Shown piece by piece: positions 1 to 9,856 of a stretch of DNA of 64,000 nucleotides. The notes beneath the pieces were generated by a model, which was not told the DNA's origin, did not search any database, and was given only the letters and a program-made list of their open reading frames with translations. The stretch covers positions 1-64,000 of IMG/VR virus record IMGVR_UViG_3300047445_000186; one strand, written 5' to 3'. The position numbers and the translations under genes are program-made. Position 1 is the stretch's first letter, and every line of letters begins with the position of its first letter.

Positions 1-141
1 GTAGTACACACCGCCATTCGAGCTGAACCGCAGATCGCCGAGATTGCACTTCCCTTTCATGCTCTTCACGTAAGCAGTGACCTTACGCTGAATTGCTTCG
101 AAGTCCTTCTCGTTCCGGGCTTTGACATCAACCAATTTCAT
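1..141 (-). CDS. hypothetical protein, 3' end runs off the window
   Basis: ATG at 141-139 with GGAGAA RBS on minus strand; MKLVDVKARNEKDFEAIQRKV... open to window edge. Confidence 0.6.
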   Translation of the reverse strand, partial: MKLVDVKARNEKDFEAIQRKVTAYVKSMKGKCNLGDLRFSSNGGVYY

Positions 142-170
142 GTGTTCTCCTAGTCGGGATCAGGATTGTA

Positions 171-401
171 TCACAACCCGAGACCGCCGAACGGGCTCTT
201 CGATGCTGCCTCAATCCGCTTGTTGATACTTTCGATCACCAGGTCACGTTCGAACGCAGACATGTTCAAGGCCGTCTCGTACGGCACGCCACCACGGGTG
301 TACGTAGCGATGTCGATCGCGGCCTGAATCAGGCCCTTGATTTCAATCTGCATTCGATCGATCATCTGAACGATTCTGGTGTGATCGCCAGTCAGAATCA
401 T
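171..401 (-). CDS. small baseplate/tail assembly protein (gp51-like or frameshift extension of upstream chaperone)
   Basis: 76 aa; YTRGGVPYETALNMSAFER motif; ATGA overlap with upstream gp26-like gene. Confidence 0.55.
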   Translation of the reverse strand: MILTGDHTRIVQMIDRMQIEIKGLIQAAIDIATYTRGGVPYETALNMSAFERDLVIESINKRIEAASKSPFGGLGL

Positions 402-1186
402 TCGGAGAAAAAAGATACAGGATTGAGCGGGAGCTCAACCTTCATCTCACCACCACAGTCCTTGCACTTCAGCGGCACGGTCTGCTCTGGTCCCCAACCG
501 TTCAACTCAGCCGCAGCTTCGTTGATTCGATTCACCATTGGCGATGTGAGCTTCCGGATCCATTCTTCGATGAACTTCGGATCAGTGACATCGTCAACCT
601 TCTCGACCATCGATACGAGATTGATCACGGCCATTTCCTTCACGTCTTCAGCCGTGAATTCCTTCTTGTTCGCTGAGCGATGGAACAGCTCGATCACGTC
701 CTTGAACTTCATCGGACGAGTGTACACCTTCTGACCGGTCACGAGCTCAACGACACGCTTCTCTTCGATCAGGGTTGGATCAAGCAGAACCATCTTCTGA
801 GCGAGCGCTTCGAGATCAACGACGTACGAGTGCTGCTTCGCTTCAGCACAGTCGTGCTTCACTTCAATTCGATACTCCGAACCGTACGTCACGAGGCGTA
901 GGAAGAACAGGAGCGCGTCGATGTCGCGGCCAAAGAGCTCAAGCGGCTTCTTGATCGACGGAACGCAATCAGCCATCACGGCCTCGAGCGCCTTCCCGTT
1001 GAACAGCAAGTCAGGATTCTTCAAATTGATTTCAGCCAGTGCAGTCATTGGGTGCACATGGATTTCGCCGTTCTTGGTAGACGAATCAAGCTCGCCGTTC
1101 ACGTACAGCGCTGCTCGGGATGGGAGCTGGAACGTTCTGCCTGGCAGTTTGATCTTTGCCAGGAGTGGATTTGTGGTGTCGGACAT
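398..1186 (-). CDS. T4 gp26-like baseplate hub / tail assembly chaperone
   Basis: 262 aa; LPSRAALY, DIDALLFFLRLVTYG, C-terminal CKDC...LNPVSFF typical of gp26 family. Confidence 0.75.
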   Translation of the reverse strand: MSDTTNPLLAKIKLPGRTFQLPSRAALYVNGELDSSTKNGEIHVHPMTALAEINLKNPDLLFNGKALEAVMADCVPSIKKPLELFGRDIDALLFFLRLVTYGSEYRIEVKHDCAEAKQHSYVVDLEALAQKMVLLDPTLIEEKRVVELVTGQKVYTRPMKFKDVIELFHRSANKKEFTAEDVKEMAVINLVSMVEKVDDVTDPKFIEEWIRKLTSPMVNRINEAAAELNGWGPEQTVPLKCKDCGGEMKVELPLNPVSFFSE

Positions 1187-1203
1187 CAGTGTCGCCTTCG
1201 ATC

Positions 1204-1226
1204 TAAATATGGAACCTACCTATTTA
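1204..1226. promoter_or_regulatory. divergent pair of T4-like late promoters
   Basis: TAAATA on + at 1204-1209 and on - at 1221-1226 between the divergent genes. Confidence 0.65.
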
Positions 1227-1260
1227 CGGGCTTTAGAAAAGCCCCTCTCGGGACCACTGG

Positions 1261-4119
1261 ATGGCAATCGACAACGACATTCTTAAAACACTGCAGAGCA
1301 TTGAGAAGCTTCTCAAGAGCACGTCGTCTGCTGCTTCCGGTAAGTCAACGTTCTCTCAGAAATTCGACAAGATCCGCGGGAAGAAACAAGACGATAACTC
1401 TGGCGACGGTAAGACCTTCCAAGCTTTCACGAAGAGCATGGATAAGGCTGATGACGCTCTGCTTGGACTGTCAAGCAATCTGTCTGGCTTGAACAAGGAA
1501 GTCGGCAGAACGACGTCTGGATTCAGCGCTCTGAATGCGCAGATGTCGAAGTTCATGTCGGCTCTGCAAGTCACGCCACCAGGTGTGACACAAGCTGCAG
1601 GCGCTCCGAGAACTCGTATCCCTGGTAAGAACGGGCTTGGCGGTGTCGCACCAGGTATCACGATTCCAGCTCCAGCGGCAGGTGTAGGCGCTGCCTCGCC
1701 AATGAAGCAAGTCATGGGGCGGATGCTTCAGAACTTCGGTCAAGCATCTGTTGGTTCTGGCGGCCTTGCACTCGCATTCGGCGCTCTGATTGACGCAACG
1801 AAGCGTGTCACTGGCGAGTACTTTAATTTGGCTGAAATGGGCATGGGCTCAGTCAGCAATCTGGCGACACTCTCTAAGAACGCGCTGATGTCGGGCATGG
1901 CTCTGAAAGAGTACACGGCCCTGATCGGTTCGAGCATTAATGTCGCTTCCCGCGCCGGCAATCTTGAGAACTTCCAGAAGATCATCTCGGCGCAGGATGC
2001 CCAGCTCGCAGCAATGGGCGTGTTCGGTGCTGAAGCCCGCGCGATGCAGGCTTCGCTGGCCCAGAGCTCGGCGCAGCTTGGCGTTCCGATCGGTGATCTG
2101 ACGAAGGCAACTTCATCGCAGATCGACATCTTTGATAAGCTCCGCAAGTCGTCGAACATGACGGCTTCTGAGTTCGCAAGCATGACTCGTTCTGTTGCGA
2201 ACAGTGAAGAAGCTCAGAAGGAGCTGCTTGGACTGGCGCCATCAGAACGTATCGCTCGCATGAATCAGCTCGTGCAGCTGAACAGCATCGGTACGAAGAT
2301 GGGTATGGCTGCTGACGCTTCCGCGAAGCTCGGCCAGGCTCTGATGGCGGCACGTCAATCGACCGTCAAGGAACGTATCGACACTTCCGGCCTGATGTTG
2401 CAGATGGGTGCGTTCACTGGGAACGGCGCCGCTGGCCAACGTGGCATGGAACTTCAAATGAAGGGCCGCCGCCGCACAGAGGCTGAAGACGAAGAACTGC
2501 TGCAGATCTCGCAGACCTTTGAGCGTTCTGCTCAGACGATGTACCAGCAGGGTTCGCTTGGCGTTCAGAATGTTCTTGATCAGTTCGAAGAACAATCCTC
2601 AAAGGGTGCGTACGGCCAGATGGTCAAGGCTGGCCGAGGAAAGTCGCTCGCTGAAGATACTGGCACGGTAAATCAAGTTGCGTTCGGACAGCACGTTGGT
2701 GAATTCGGCCAGGCAGTTGGTAAGCTCACTTCACTGTTCAACGGTTTCGAACAGAGTGTTCTCGGCCCACTCGTCGCAGGTCTTGGTGGTGGTCTGCTCA
2801 CGATGTTCCGCGGTCCAATCGTGAACATCCTGTCTAAGGCACTTGGATTCGGTGGTGGAGCAGCAAAGGCTGCAGGCGCAGTTGCTTCGGCCGCTGGAGG
2901 TGGTGGAGCTTCAGCTGCGTACGGCGCTGGCCAGGCAGTCGGTAAGACGATGTCTTATTTGTCAAATGCATTCTCGACAGGTAAGAGCGCAATTGCTGGA
3001 TACATCCAGAACGTAAGACTCTCGAGCGCAATCATCAAGGATGCTGGCGGCACGACAATGGAAGTCGTCGGTCAGGTCTTCAAGGATGGTATTACCGCAG
3101 TGAAGGGTAGCGGCACGATGATGGCGGACGGCATGAAGTCATTCACCTCAGTCCTGAAGGCATCCGCACCTGAAATGAAGGCAGCGTTCGTGGGTGGTCT
3201 TGATGTGCTCAAAGGTGGCGCGGGAATGCTCTGGACCGGTTTGAAGGGTATCACGAAGATCTTCGGCCCACTGAGCGGTCTGATTGATGCTGCGATCGAA
3301 ATGTTCACTGGCGATATGTCGGATGCGCTGAACCCAAGTGGCGGCGTATTCAACCGCATGGGCGGGATGATCACGGCATTCTTCACAGCAATTCCGAACA
3401 TGCTCATTGACGCGCTTGCGTTCGTGTTCGGTGATGAGAACATCCAGCCTCTGAAGCGCGGTTTTGACCTGATCGTCGGGTACATGAACTTCGCGATCAA
3501 GGACTTCCTCGCTCGTCTCGCAGGTGGTGCTGCTGACTTGATGGAATCGCTGCCATTCGTTGGCAAAGACTCTCGCATGGTCAAGATGCTGCGCGGTTGG
3601 CAGGATGGTCTGGTTGACTCGGCGACTGAGAACGTCGCGATGGTCGAGAAGCTTTGGGACAACAACAGCGCGACGATGGCCTCGATCTCGAAGGAGAACA
3701 AGGCAGTCGCTGACAAGCAATCAGCTACCTCAGAGCAAGCTGCCACGAAGGTCGTCGCTTCTCAGAGCAAGTTCAACAACGTGATGGAGGCCGGTGCAGT
3801 GACGGCCGCTTCTGTCTATGCCGACGCTGCAGCACTTGCTGCACCACAGGTTCAGGTTGCAAAACAGGTCAGCACGGCCCCTGTAAATACTGCTGATCAG
3901 CAGACCGCTCAGGCACAGGCCGCGGCTGCAACCCAACAACAGCAAGCTGCAACAGTGACGTCCGATCTGGCGTCGGTGATGCAGTCCATTCTACAAGTTC
4001 TACGTGAGAATCTGCCTCGTCAAACTGACAGCTCTGAAGCGCTGGTCAAGCTCGTTAAACCGCAGACCTCTTTCCAATCAGCAGAAGACGCCGCAAATCA
4101 ACTCTTGCGCCGCAGGTAA
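1261..4119 (+). CDS. putative tape measure protein
   Basis: 952 aa, Ala/Gly/Ser-rich helical low-complexity protein next to the tail chaperone gene. Confidence 0.65.
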   Translation: MAIDNDILKTLQSIEKLLKSTSSAASGKSTFSQKFDKIRGKKQDDNSGDGKTFQAFTKSMDKADDALLGLSSNLSGLNKEVGRTTSGFSALNAQMSKFMSALQVTPPGVTQAAGAPRTRIPGKNGLGGVAPGITIPAPAAGVGAASPMKQVMGRMLQNFGQASVGSGGLALAFGALIDATKRVTGEYFNLAEMGMGSVSNLATLSKNALMSGMALKEYTALIGSSINVASRAGNLENFQKIISAQDAQLAAMGVFGAEARAMQASLAQSSAQLGVPIGDLTKATSSQIDIFDKLRKSSNMTASEFASMTRSVANSEEAQKELLGLAPSERIARMNQLVQLNSIGTKMGMAADASAKLGQALMAARQSTVKERIDTSGLMLQMGAFTGNGAAGQRGMELQMKGRRRTEAEDEELLQISQTFERSAQTMYQQGSLGVQNVLDQFEEQSSKGAYGQMVKAGRGKSLAEDTGTVNQVAFGQHVGEFGQAVGKLTSLFNGFEQSVLGPLVAGLGGGLLTMFRGPIVNILSKALGFGGGAAKAAGAVASAAGGGGASAAYGAGQAVGKTMSYLSNAFSTGKSAIAGYIQNVRLSSAIIKDAGGTTMEVVGQVFKDGITAVKGSGTMMADGMKSFTSVLKASAPEMKAAFVGGLDVLKGGAGMLWTGLKGITKIFGPLSGLIDAAIEMFTGDMSDALNPSGGVFNRMGGMITAFFTAIPNMLIDALAFVFGDENIQPLKRGFDLIVGYMNFAIKDFLARLAGGAADLMESLPFVGKDSRMVKMLRGWQDGLVDSATENVAMVEKLWDNNSATMASISKENKAVADKQSATSEQAATKVVASQSKFNNVMEAGAVTAASVYADAAALAAPQVQVAKQVSTAPVNTADQQTAQAQAAAATQQQQAATVTSDLASVMQSILQVLRENLPRQTDSSEALVKLVKPQTSFQSAEDAANQLLRRR
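3884..3889 (+). promoter_or_regulatory. late promoter TAAATA (portal)
   Basis: motif 240 nt upstream of the portal start, inside the tape measure CDS. Confidence 0.4.
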
Positions 4120-4128
4120 GGATATTTC

Positions 4129-5847
4129 ATGTCTCAAATGACTTCGTTCTGGCGCATCGTTGCTCCTAAGACACGTAAGCAACTGTACACAACGCTCAGC
4201 ACGGATGCGTACGATCCACGCTCGACAGATATGTCGTCCATGGCTGCAGTTACTTGGTACTCGCAGATCATGCGCGGGCCAGGTACTCGGATGGCTTCGT
4301 ACAAGCAGTACGACACAATGGATACCGACATCGACATCTCGCGTTCCCTCGACATTATCGCCGAAGAAATGTCCGGCAAGGATGACAAGACTGATCTGCC
4401 GTTCGTGATCAAGTGGCAGAAGGAAGACAACCAAGACGTGTCTGACACGACAGTTGTGACAGTTCGTGCTGCTCTTCGTCAGTGGGCGCAGATGCAGGAT
4501 CTGAAGAAGCGCGTGTTCAGCACGGCTCGAACGATGATCAAGTACGGTGATTGCTTCTTCCGCAAGGGTTCTGACACGCGTAAGTGGACGTACGTCGATC
4601 CATCGCTCGTGATTGGTATCGAGGTTGACGAGCTCGGCACGAAGGTCGCTTATCATGTGAAGCGTCCAGCTCAACAGCAACAGCAATCGCAGATGTACAC
4701 GACCCAGCGTATGGATGACGTTGACGTCGTTCCAGCGGCTGCGATGATTCACTTCTCGATGTGTGACGACATGGGCGACTCTGCTCCGTTCGGTCACTCA
4801 GTGCTGAAGCCAATCTTCCGTGTCTACCGTCAACTTTCGATGCTTGAAGATGCGGTGATCATTTACCGTATCGTTCGTGCTCCAGAACGCCGTGTGTTCT
4901 ACATCGACGTCGGGAACATGAACCAACAACAGGTCAAGCGTTACCTCGAGTCGGTCAAGAACGAAATCCGTCAGAAGCGCGCGCCAGGAACGACTGCTGG
5001 CGGCAAGGCTGAAGTTGACGGCCAATTCGATCCTACGTCGCTCCAAGAAGATTACTTCTTCCCAGTCACGGCTGCCGGTAAGGGTTCACGTGTTGAAACC
5101 CTGCCAGGCGGCACTGAAGACTTCGGTACGAATCTACTCCGCTCGTTCGCTGAGAAGATCTTCCGCGGTCTGCGTATTCCGACCTCGTACCTTGGCGGTC
5201 AAGAGGGTGCTGGCGCTCAGACGAACGACGGCAAGGTCGGTATCGCGTACATCGAAGAACTTCGGTTCGCGAACTTCATCACGCGTCTGCAAGACCGGAT
5301 GAACGAAATCTATGACCAAGAATTCAAGATCTACTTGAAGGTCTGTGGTCTCCGCATTGACGATGAAGTGTTCCAGGTCCGTCTGCCAGATCCAGCGAAC
5401 TTCGCGCTGTACCGTCAGGCTGCGCTCGATGCCGATCTGATTGCATCGTTCCAGAACATTCAGGAAGTTAAGTTCCTGTCGCGTCGCTTCATCTTGAAGC
5501 GTTACCTCGGTCTGACGGATGACGAAATCCAGATGAACGAAGTGATGATCAAGGAAGAGAAGAACATGTCTGACAACGCGATTGTGCCGATCATGCAGCA
5601 GATGTATGACGATGCAGTGTACGCGAATCGTGCCGAGATCACGGTTGACGGTGAGAACGTTGATCAAGGTGGCGGTGGTACTGACGAAGCTGGCGATCCA
5701 GGAGCAGGTCTCTTGGATAACGACTTCGAAGACAAGCCATTCGCATCAGCGCCTGATGAGTCTCCAGAGGCAGCTCCACCTGAAGGTGCTGATGAAACTG
5801 GTGCAGAACCACCAGCGGCAGGTGAAGAACCGCCAGCAGCCGGCTAA
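4129..5847 (+). CDS. portal protein (T4 gp20-like)
   Basis: LSMLEDAVIIYRIVRAPERRVFYIDVGNM, EDYFFP, VETLPGG signature motifs. Confidence 0.95.
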   Translation: MSQMTSFWRIVAPKTRKQLYTTLSTDAYDPRSTDMSSMAAVTWYSQIMRGPGTRMASYKQYDTMDTDIDISRSLDIIAEEMSGKDDKTDLPFVIKWQKEDNQDVSDTTVVTVRAALRQWAQMQDLKKRVFSTARTMIKYGDCFFRKGSDTRKWTYVDPSLVIGIEVDELGTKVAYHVKRPAQQQQQSQMYTTQRMDDVDVVPAAAMIHFSMCDDMGDSAPFGHSVLKPIFRVYRQLSMLEDAVIIYRIVRAPERRVFYIDVGNMNQQQVKRYLESVKNEIRQKRAPGTTAGGKAEVDGQFDPTSLQEDYFFPVTAAGKGSRVETLPGGTEDFGTNLLRSFAEKIFRGLRIPTSYLGGQEGAGAQTNDGKVGIAYIEELRFANFITRLQDRMNEIYDQEFKIYLKVCGLRIDDEVFQVRLPDPANFALYRQAALDADLIASFQNIQEVKFLSRRFILKRYLGLTDDEIQMNEVMIKEEKNMSDNAIVPIMQQMYDDAVYANRAEITVDGENVDQGGGGTDEAGDPGAGLLDNDFEDKPFASAPDESPEAAPPEGADETGAEPPAAGEEPPAAG

Positions 5848-5850
5848 ATA
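5845..5850 (+). promoter_or_regulatory. late promoter TAAATA
   Basis: overlaps portal stop, 27 nt before gp21. Confidence 0.6.
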
Positions 5851-5876
5851 CAGGACTATTAGGCTAAGGAGCACTC

Positions 5877-6485
5877 ATGCAGCTGTTGAAAGAATACCTC
5901 GATCCAAGCACCACCAATCTGACCGAAATGAAGAAGGTTGGCGGCGATCTCTACCTGTCTGGCATCATGATGCAAGCAGCACTGAAGAACGGCAATGGCC
6001 GCGTCTATCCAGTGAATGAAATCGCCCGTGCAGTTCAAGAGTGTCAAGACAAGATCACCAAGGGTAACTTCATCCTTGGCGAACTGAATCACCCAGACTC
6101 GTTGAGCATCAATCTCGCGAACGTTTCGCACGCTATCACTGAGATCCGCATGGACGGTAATAACGCTGTTGGCAAGATGAAGCTCTTGAACACGCCAGCT
6201 GGTAACATCGCAAAGGCTATCATCGAAGGCGGCGTTCGTCTTGGTGTTTCCTCGCGCGGTACCGGTAACGTGAACGAAGGCGGCGAAGTTGGTGACTTCT
6301 CGTTCGTCACAATGGACATCGTTTCTACTCCATCGGCTCCAGATGCATTCCCATCGGTAGTGCAAGAAGCTATGGGCTCGAAGAAGATTCTCTCGCTCGC
6401 TGAAGCTGTTGTTGTCGATCCAAAGGCACAGAAGTTCTTTGCGGCTGAGATCAAGAACCTGATCGCATCCCTCACAAAGAAGTAA
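5877..6485 (+). CDS. prohead core protease (T4 gp21-like)
   Basis: NGNGRVY, GELNHP (catalytic His), VSH, NTPAG, GVSSRG (catalytic Ser), DIVSTPSAP. Confidence 0.93.
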   Translation: MQLLKEYLDPSTTNLTEMKKVGGDLYLSGIMMQAALKNGNGRVYPVNEIARAVQECQDKITKGNFILGELNHPDSLSINLANVSHAITEIRMDGNNAVGKMKLLNTPAGNIAKAIIEGGVRLGVSSRGTGNVNEGGEVGDFSFVTMDIVSTPSAPDAFPSVVQEAMGSKKILSLAEAVVVDPKAQKFFAAEIKNLIASLTKK

Positions 6486-6488
6486 TCC

Positions 6489-7322
6489 ATGAAGCTCCTT
6501 CAAGAAATGCTGGGGCTGCTTGAAGCCTCGGCTAAGTTCGCAACTGATGCGGACGGTAATCTGATTCCAGCAAAGCTGCCTAAGCTCAGCCTTGGCGCGA
6601 TCAATGCAGCAATCTATCGTGTCGCAATCGCTTCGGTGAAGCTTCCAGCTGACGTGAAGGCTGACGCTCAGTTCACTGCAAAAGAAACAGATCGTTTCTT
6701 CAGCTCCCAGAACGACGAAGTGCTTTCGCAACTCGAGAAGTTCGCAGACGGCCGCGGGAACTATCAAGACGACGTGCTTGAAGCGTTCTACCGAGCGCTC
6801 GAAGATGTGGGTAACGAGATCATCGAGTACTACTCGAACAAAATGAATCACGCTCCAGGCTATCAAGCGCCAAAGATCGCTGCCTTCGATGCTGAAAAGG
6901 TTCCATCGTCCCGCGTGATCGCTGAGCTGAAGAAGTTCCCACACTGGGAAGAAGGTGTTCGCATTGAGAAGTGGACCGAGCAGAATCAAAAGAATGCGCG
7001 TAAAGCAAAGCACGCTTCTATGGTCTCTCCAGCGCTGATCGACAAGGTCGTGAAGGAATTCGACGCTCGCTTTGATGGCGAATTCACTGACAAGATCGCG
7101 AAAGAAATCACGCGCGATCCAGGCATGTTCGGCCTTCCAAATGGGTACGCTCCAAAGACTGGTGCAGAAGTTCGCGCCAAGATTCTTACATGGAAGCCAC
7201 GTGACATCATCGAGTGGATCATCGAGAACTCACGCAAGCTCAGCCACGATGAAATTTCTGCAGCCTTGAGCAGCAAGAAAACAGTCGACGCGATCTGGGC
7301 TAAGGTCTCCAAGGGTAAGTGA
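6489..7322 (+). CDS. hypothetical virion internal head protein
   Basis: 277 aa in head operon; N-terminus MKLLQEMLGLLEA resembles capsid-targeting/cleavage leader. Confidence 0.6.
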   Translation: MKLLQEMLGLLEASAKFATDADGNLIPAKLPKLSLGAINAAIYRVAIASVKLPADVKADAQFTAKETDRFFSSQNDEVLSQLEKFADGRGNYQDDVLEAFYRALEDVGNEIIEYYSNKMNHAPGYQAPKIAAFDAEKVPSSRVIAELKKFPHWEEGVRIEKWTEQNQKNARKAKHASMVSPALIDKVVKEFDARFDGEFTDKIAKEITRDPGMFGLPNGYAPKTGAEVRAKILTWKPRDIIEWIIENSRKLSHDEISAALSSKKTVDAIWAKVSKGK

Positions 7323-7337
7323 CCCAACCGGCCCCGG

Positions 7338-7343
7338 TAAATA
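7338..7343 (+). promoter_or_regulatory. late promoter TAAATA
   Basis: intergenic, upstream of small prohead core gene. Confidence 0.6.
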
Positions 7344-7375
7344 CTAACTTCATACAACAGACGAAAGGTACCGCT

Positions 7376-7543
7376 ATGAGCGATCCACGCGAACAACTGA
7401 AATCAATGCTTCAAGACCTGATCAATGATCGTCCAGAGCAAGCTTCTGCCACCATCCACGATTACATCGTGGCGAAGACGCAAGCCCTCGCAGGCTTTGC
7501 AGCTCCAGAAGCTGACGTTGATACTGAAGTCACCCCAGAGTGA
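7376..7543 (+). CDS. small acidic prohead core protein (gp67/gp68-like position)
   Basis: 55 aa MSDPREQLKSML..., GAAAGG RBS, sits between protease and scaffold. Confidence 0.55.
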   Translation: MSDPREQLKSMLQDLINDRPEQASATIHDYIVAKTQALAGFAAPEADVDTEVTPE

Positions 7544-7548
7544 TCACT

Positions 7549-7584
7549 ATGTGCTGAAAACATCCCCGTTTTCAGCACATTTTC
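7549..7584 (+). terminator. intrinsic terminator
   Basis: ATGTGCTGAAAAC-loop-GTTTTCAGCACAT followed by TTT. Confidence 0.65.
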
Positions 7585-7596
7585 CGAACTGCGCGC

Positions 7597-7602
7597 TAAA
7601 TA
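7597..7602 (+). promoter_or_regulatory. late promoter TAAATA (scaffold-capsid)
   Basis: intergenic, about 90 nt upstream of scaffold start. Confidence 0.65.
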
Positions 7603-7692
7603 CCACCACATGATAAAGAGTTGGTAACAACTTTAGTCACGCAGAAATTCAAATGTGGTAGCTTCATGCTACCGAAACTTAGGAGAAAGCTA

Positions 7693-8577
7693 ATGGACGA
7701 AATCCTGCAGAAACTGCTTCAGTCCGAGCTGCTCAGCGAAGAAACCAAAACTGAACTCTCCGAGCAATGGACCACTTCGGTCGAAGCCTACAAGACGCAA
7801 GTCCGTGAAGAAACTTCGCTCCAAGTTCGTTCGGAACTCGCAGAACAGTGGATCGGCGAACGCGACGAACTCGTCGCCAAGGTCGATGGTTTTGTGTCTG
7901 AAGCACTCATGAACGAAGTTGCTGAACTGAAGGCTGACATCGAGCGCTTCCGTGATCTCGAAGCTGAATACGCTGAAAAGATTGTTGAAGAGAAGCACAA
8001 GCTCGCAGAAGAAGTCGCATCTGAACTCGACCAACTGGTTGACAAGATCGATGCATTCTTCGAAGCACGCCTGAACGACGAACTCGATGAGCTCAAGGAA
8101 GACCTCGAAGTCGTGAAGCAAAACGAATTCGGTCGCAAGATCTACGAAGCATTCGCAAACACGTTCGCTGGCGCTCACATCGACGAATCGTCGATCGCTG
8201 GTAAGCTCAAGATTGCTGAAGCTAAGCTCGCAGATGCTACCTCCGCTCTTGCTGATTCGGAAGAATCCCGCTCGACGATGGTTCGCGAAGCAAAGATGAA
8301 CACGCTCCTCGCTAGCCTCACAGGCAAGAAGCGCGAAGCGATGGAAATGGTTCTCAAGAATGTCGAAACCGGCCGTCTTGAAGAGTCGTACAAGTTCTTT
8401 ATCGGTCGTGTCCTGAAGGAAGATGCTGCACCAGCTGCTGCTCTGACTGAAGGTAAGACGGTCGACAAGAAGACAACGGTTGTGACTGGTGACACGCAAG
8501 TCGAACAAGTCGCAAAACAACCTGCAGCCCTCAGTGAAAGCCTGCTCCAGCTGCAGCGCCTCGCCGGTATCAAGTAA
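7693..8577 (+). CDS. prohead scaffolding protein (T4 gp22-like)
   Basis: acidic coiled coil directly before MCP; AGGAGA RBS supports start 7693 rather than 7621. Confidence 0.85.
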   Translation: MDEILQKLLQSELLSEETKTELSEQWTTSVEAYKTQVREETSLQVRSELAEQWIGERDELVAKVDGFVSEALMNEVAELKADIERFRDLEAEYAEKIVEEKHKLAEEVASELDQLVDKIDAFFEARLNDELDELKEDLEVVKQNEFGRKIYEAFANTFAGAHIDESSIAGKLKIAEAKLADATSALADSEESRSTMVREAKMNTLLASLTGKKREAMEMVLKNVETGRLEESYKFFIGRVLKEDAAPAAALTEGKTVDKKTTVVTGDTQVEQVAKQPAALSESLLQLQRLAGIK

Positions 8578-8602
8578 CCCCTGTCCCCATTAGGAGATAA
8601 AA

Positions 8603-9856
8603 ATGCAACTCAATGAAAACTGGACCGAAACCAAAGAGGCTCTGCTCGAAGGCCTGACCGGTTCGAAGAAGACTCTCGCTTCGACGCTGATGGATAACCA
8701 GCGTCGCCACCTCCTGGAAACTGCAGGCGCCACTCAAAACGGCACCGGCGACATCCAAGGCTTCCAGAAGATCGCGATCCCAATGATCCGTCGTATCATC
8801 CCAGGTACGATCGGTACGGAACTCGTCGGTGTTCAGCCACTCACCGGCCCAGTCGGTCTGGCTTACTCCCTGCGCTTCGCTTTCGCTGAAGCCCTCGACG
8901 TCGCTGGCACAGGCAACGACATCGGTGTGAACGACGAAGCATTCTCGAACAACGTTTCGAAGATGAAGCGCTTCTACTCGGCAAACCTGCTCACCGGTTC
9001 GGTTGGTACGTCTGATGGTTCCACGACCAATGACTCCACTGGTCTGGAAGCTCAAGGTGGCCGCACGATGCGCCTGCAAGTTCTGAAGCAAACCATCTCC
9101 GCTGGCTCGCGTAAGCTGCAAGCGAAGTGGACTGTTGAAGCTCAGCAAGACATCGGTTCGCAACACGGTCTGAACCTCGAAAACGAACTGGTCGCTGCTC
9201 TGTCGGCCCAGATCGCGCACGAAATCGACAACGAAATCCTGACCGACCTCGTCGCTCTGGCTTCGACCGTCGCTACGTACGACTTCGCAGCTCCAGTCGC
9301 TGGCATGGCTCCAGCATTCATCGGTGATCGTTACGCTGAACTCGGCGTTCTCGTGAACAAGATGGCAAACGAAATCGGTGTGAAGACACGCCGTGGCCCA
9401 GCTAACTGGCTGGTCGGTTCCCACCTGACGACGTCCCTCCTGCAGTCCGCTGCAAAGTCGGTGTTCGCTCCAGCAGTCCAAGGCTCGTTCGCTGACCCAG
9501 TCGGCAACAAGATGGTTGGTACTCTGAACGGCCAACTGAAGGTGTACTCGTACCAGTGGGGTCTGGGTGATGCATGGACGATCGGTTCCGGCGCTGCTAC
9601 GGCAGACTCCGCAGCTGGTGAGCAGATTCTGCTCGGCTACAAGGGCGGTTCTTCGGAACTCGACTCCGGCTACTTCTACTGCCCATACGTGCCACTCATG
9701 TCCTCGGGCGTGATCATGGACCCAGCAACGTTCTCGCCAGCAGTTTCGCTGATGACCCGTTACGGCAAGGCAACGTTCACGAACGCTGCTACGTCGCTCG
9801 GTAACTCGGCTGACTACTACGCACGTATCCTCGTCAAGAACGTTGCATTCAGCTAA
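8603..9856 (+). CDS. major capsid protein (T4 gp23-like)
   Basis: IRRIIP..VGVQPLTGPVG, SRKLQAKWTVEAQQD, EIDNEIL, GYFYCPYVPL, LMTRYG. Confidence 0.96.
   Translation: MQLNENWTETKEALLEGLTGSKKTLASTLMDNQRRHLLETAGATQNGTGDIQGFQKIAIPMIRRIIPGTIGTELVGVQPLTGPVGLAYSLRFAFAEALDVAGTGNDIGVNDEAFSNNVSKMKRFYSANLLTGSVGTSDGSTTNDSTGLEAQGGRTMRLQVLKQTISAGSRKLQAKWTVEAQQDIGSQHGLNLENELVAALSAQIAHEIDNEILTDLVALASTVATYDFAAPVAGMAPAFIGDRYAELGVLVNKMANEIGVKTRRGPANWLVGSHLTTSLLQSAAKSVFAPAVQGSFADPVGNKMVGTLNGQLKVYSYQWGLGDAWTIGSGAATADSAAGEQILLGYKGGSSELDSGYFYCPYVPLMSSGVIMDPATFSPAVSLMTRYGKATFTNAATSLGNSADYYARILVKNVAFS

Noticed and set aside
7621-7692. ORF-track upstream starts (7621, 9993, 21319, 27095, 37094, 37626, 49304, 51745)
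   Set aside because: Downstream ATG/GTG starts have better RBS or coupling, and the extensions overlap promoters or other genes.
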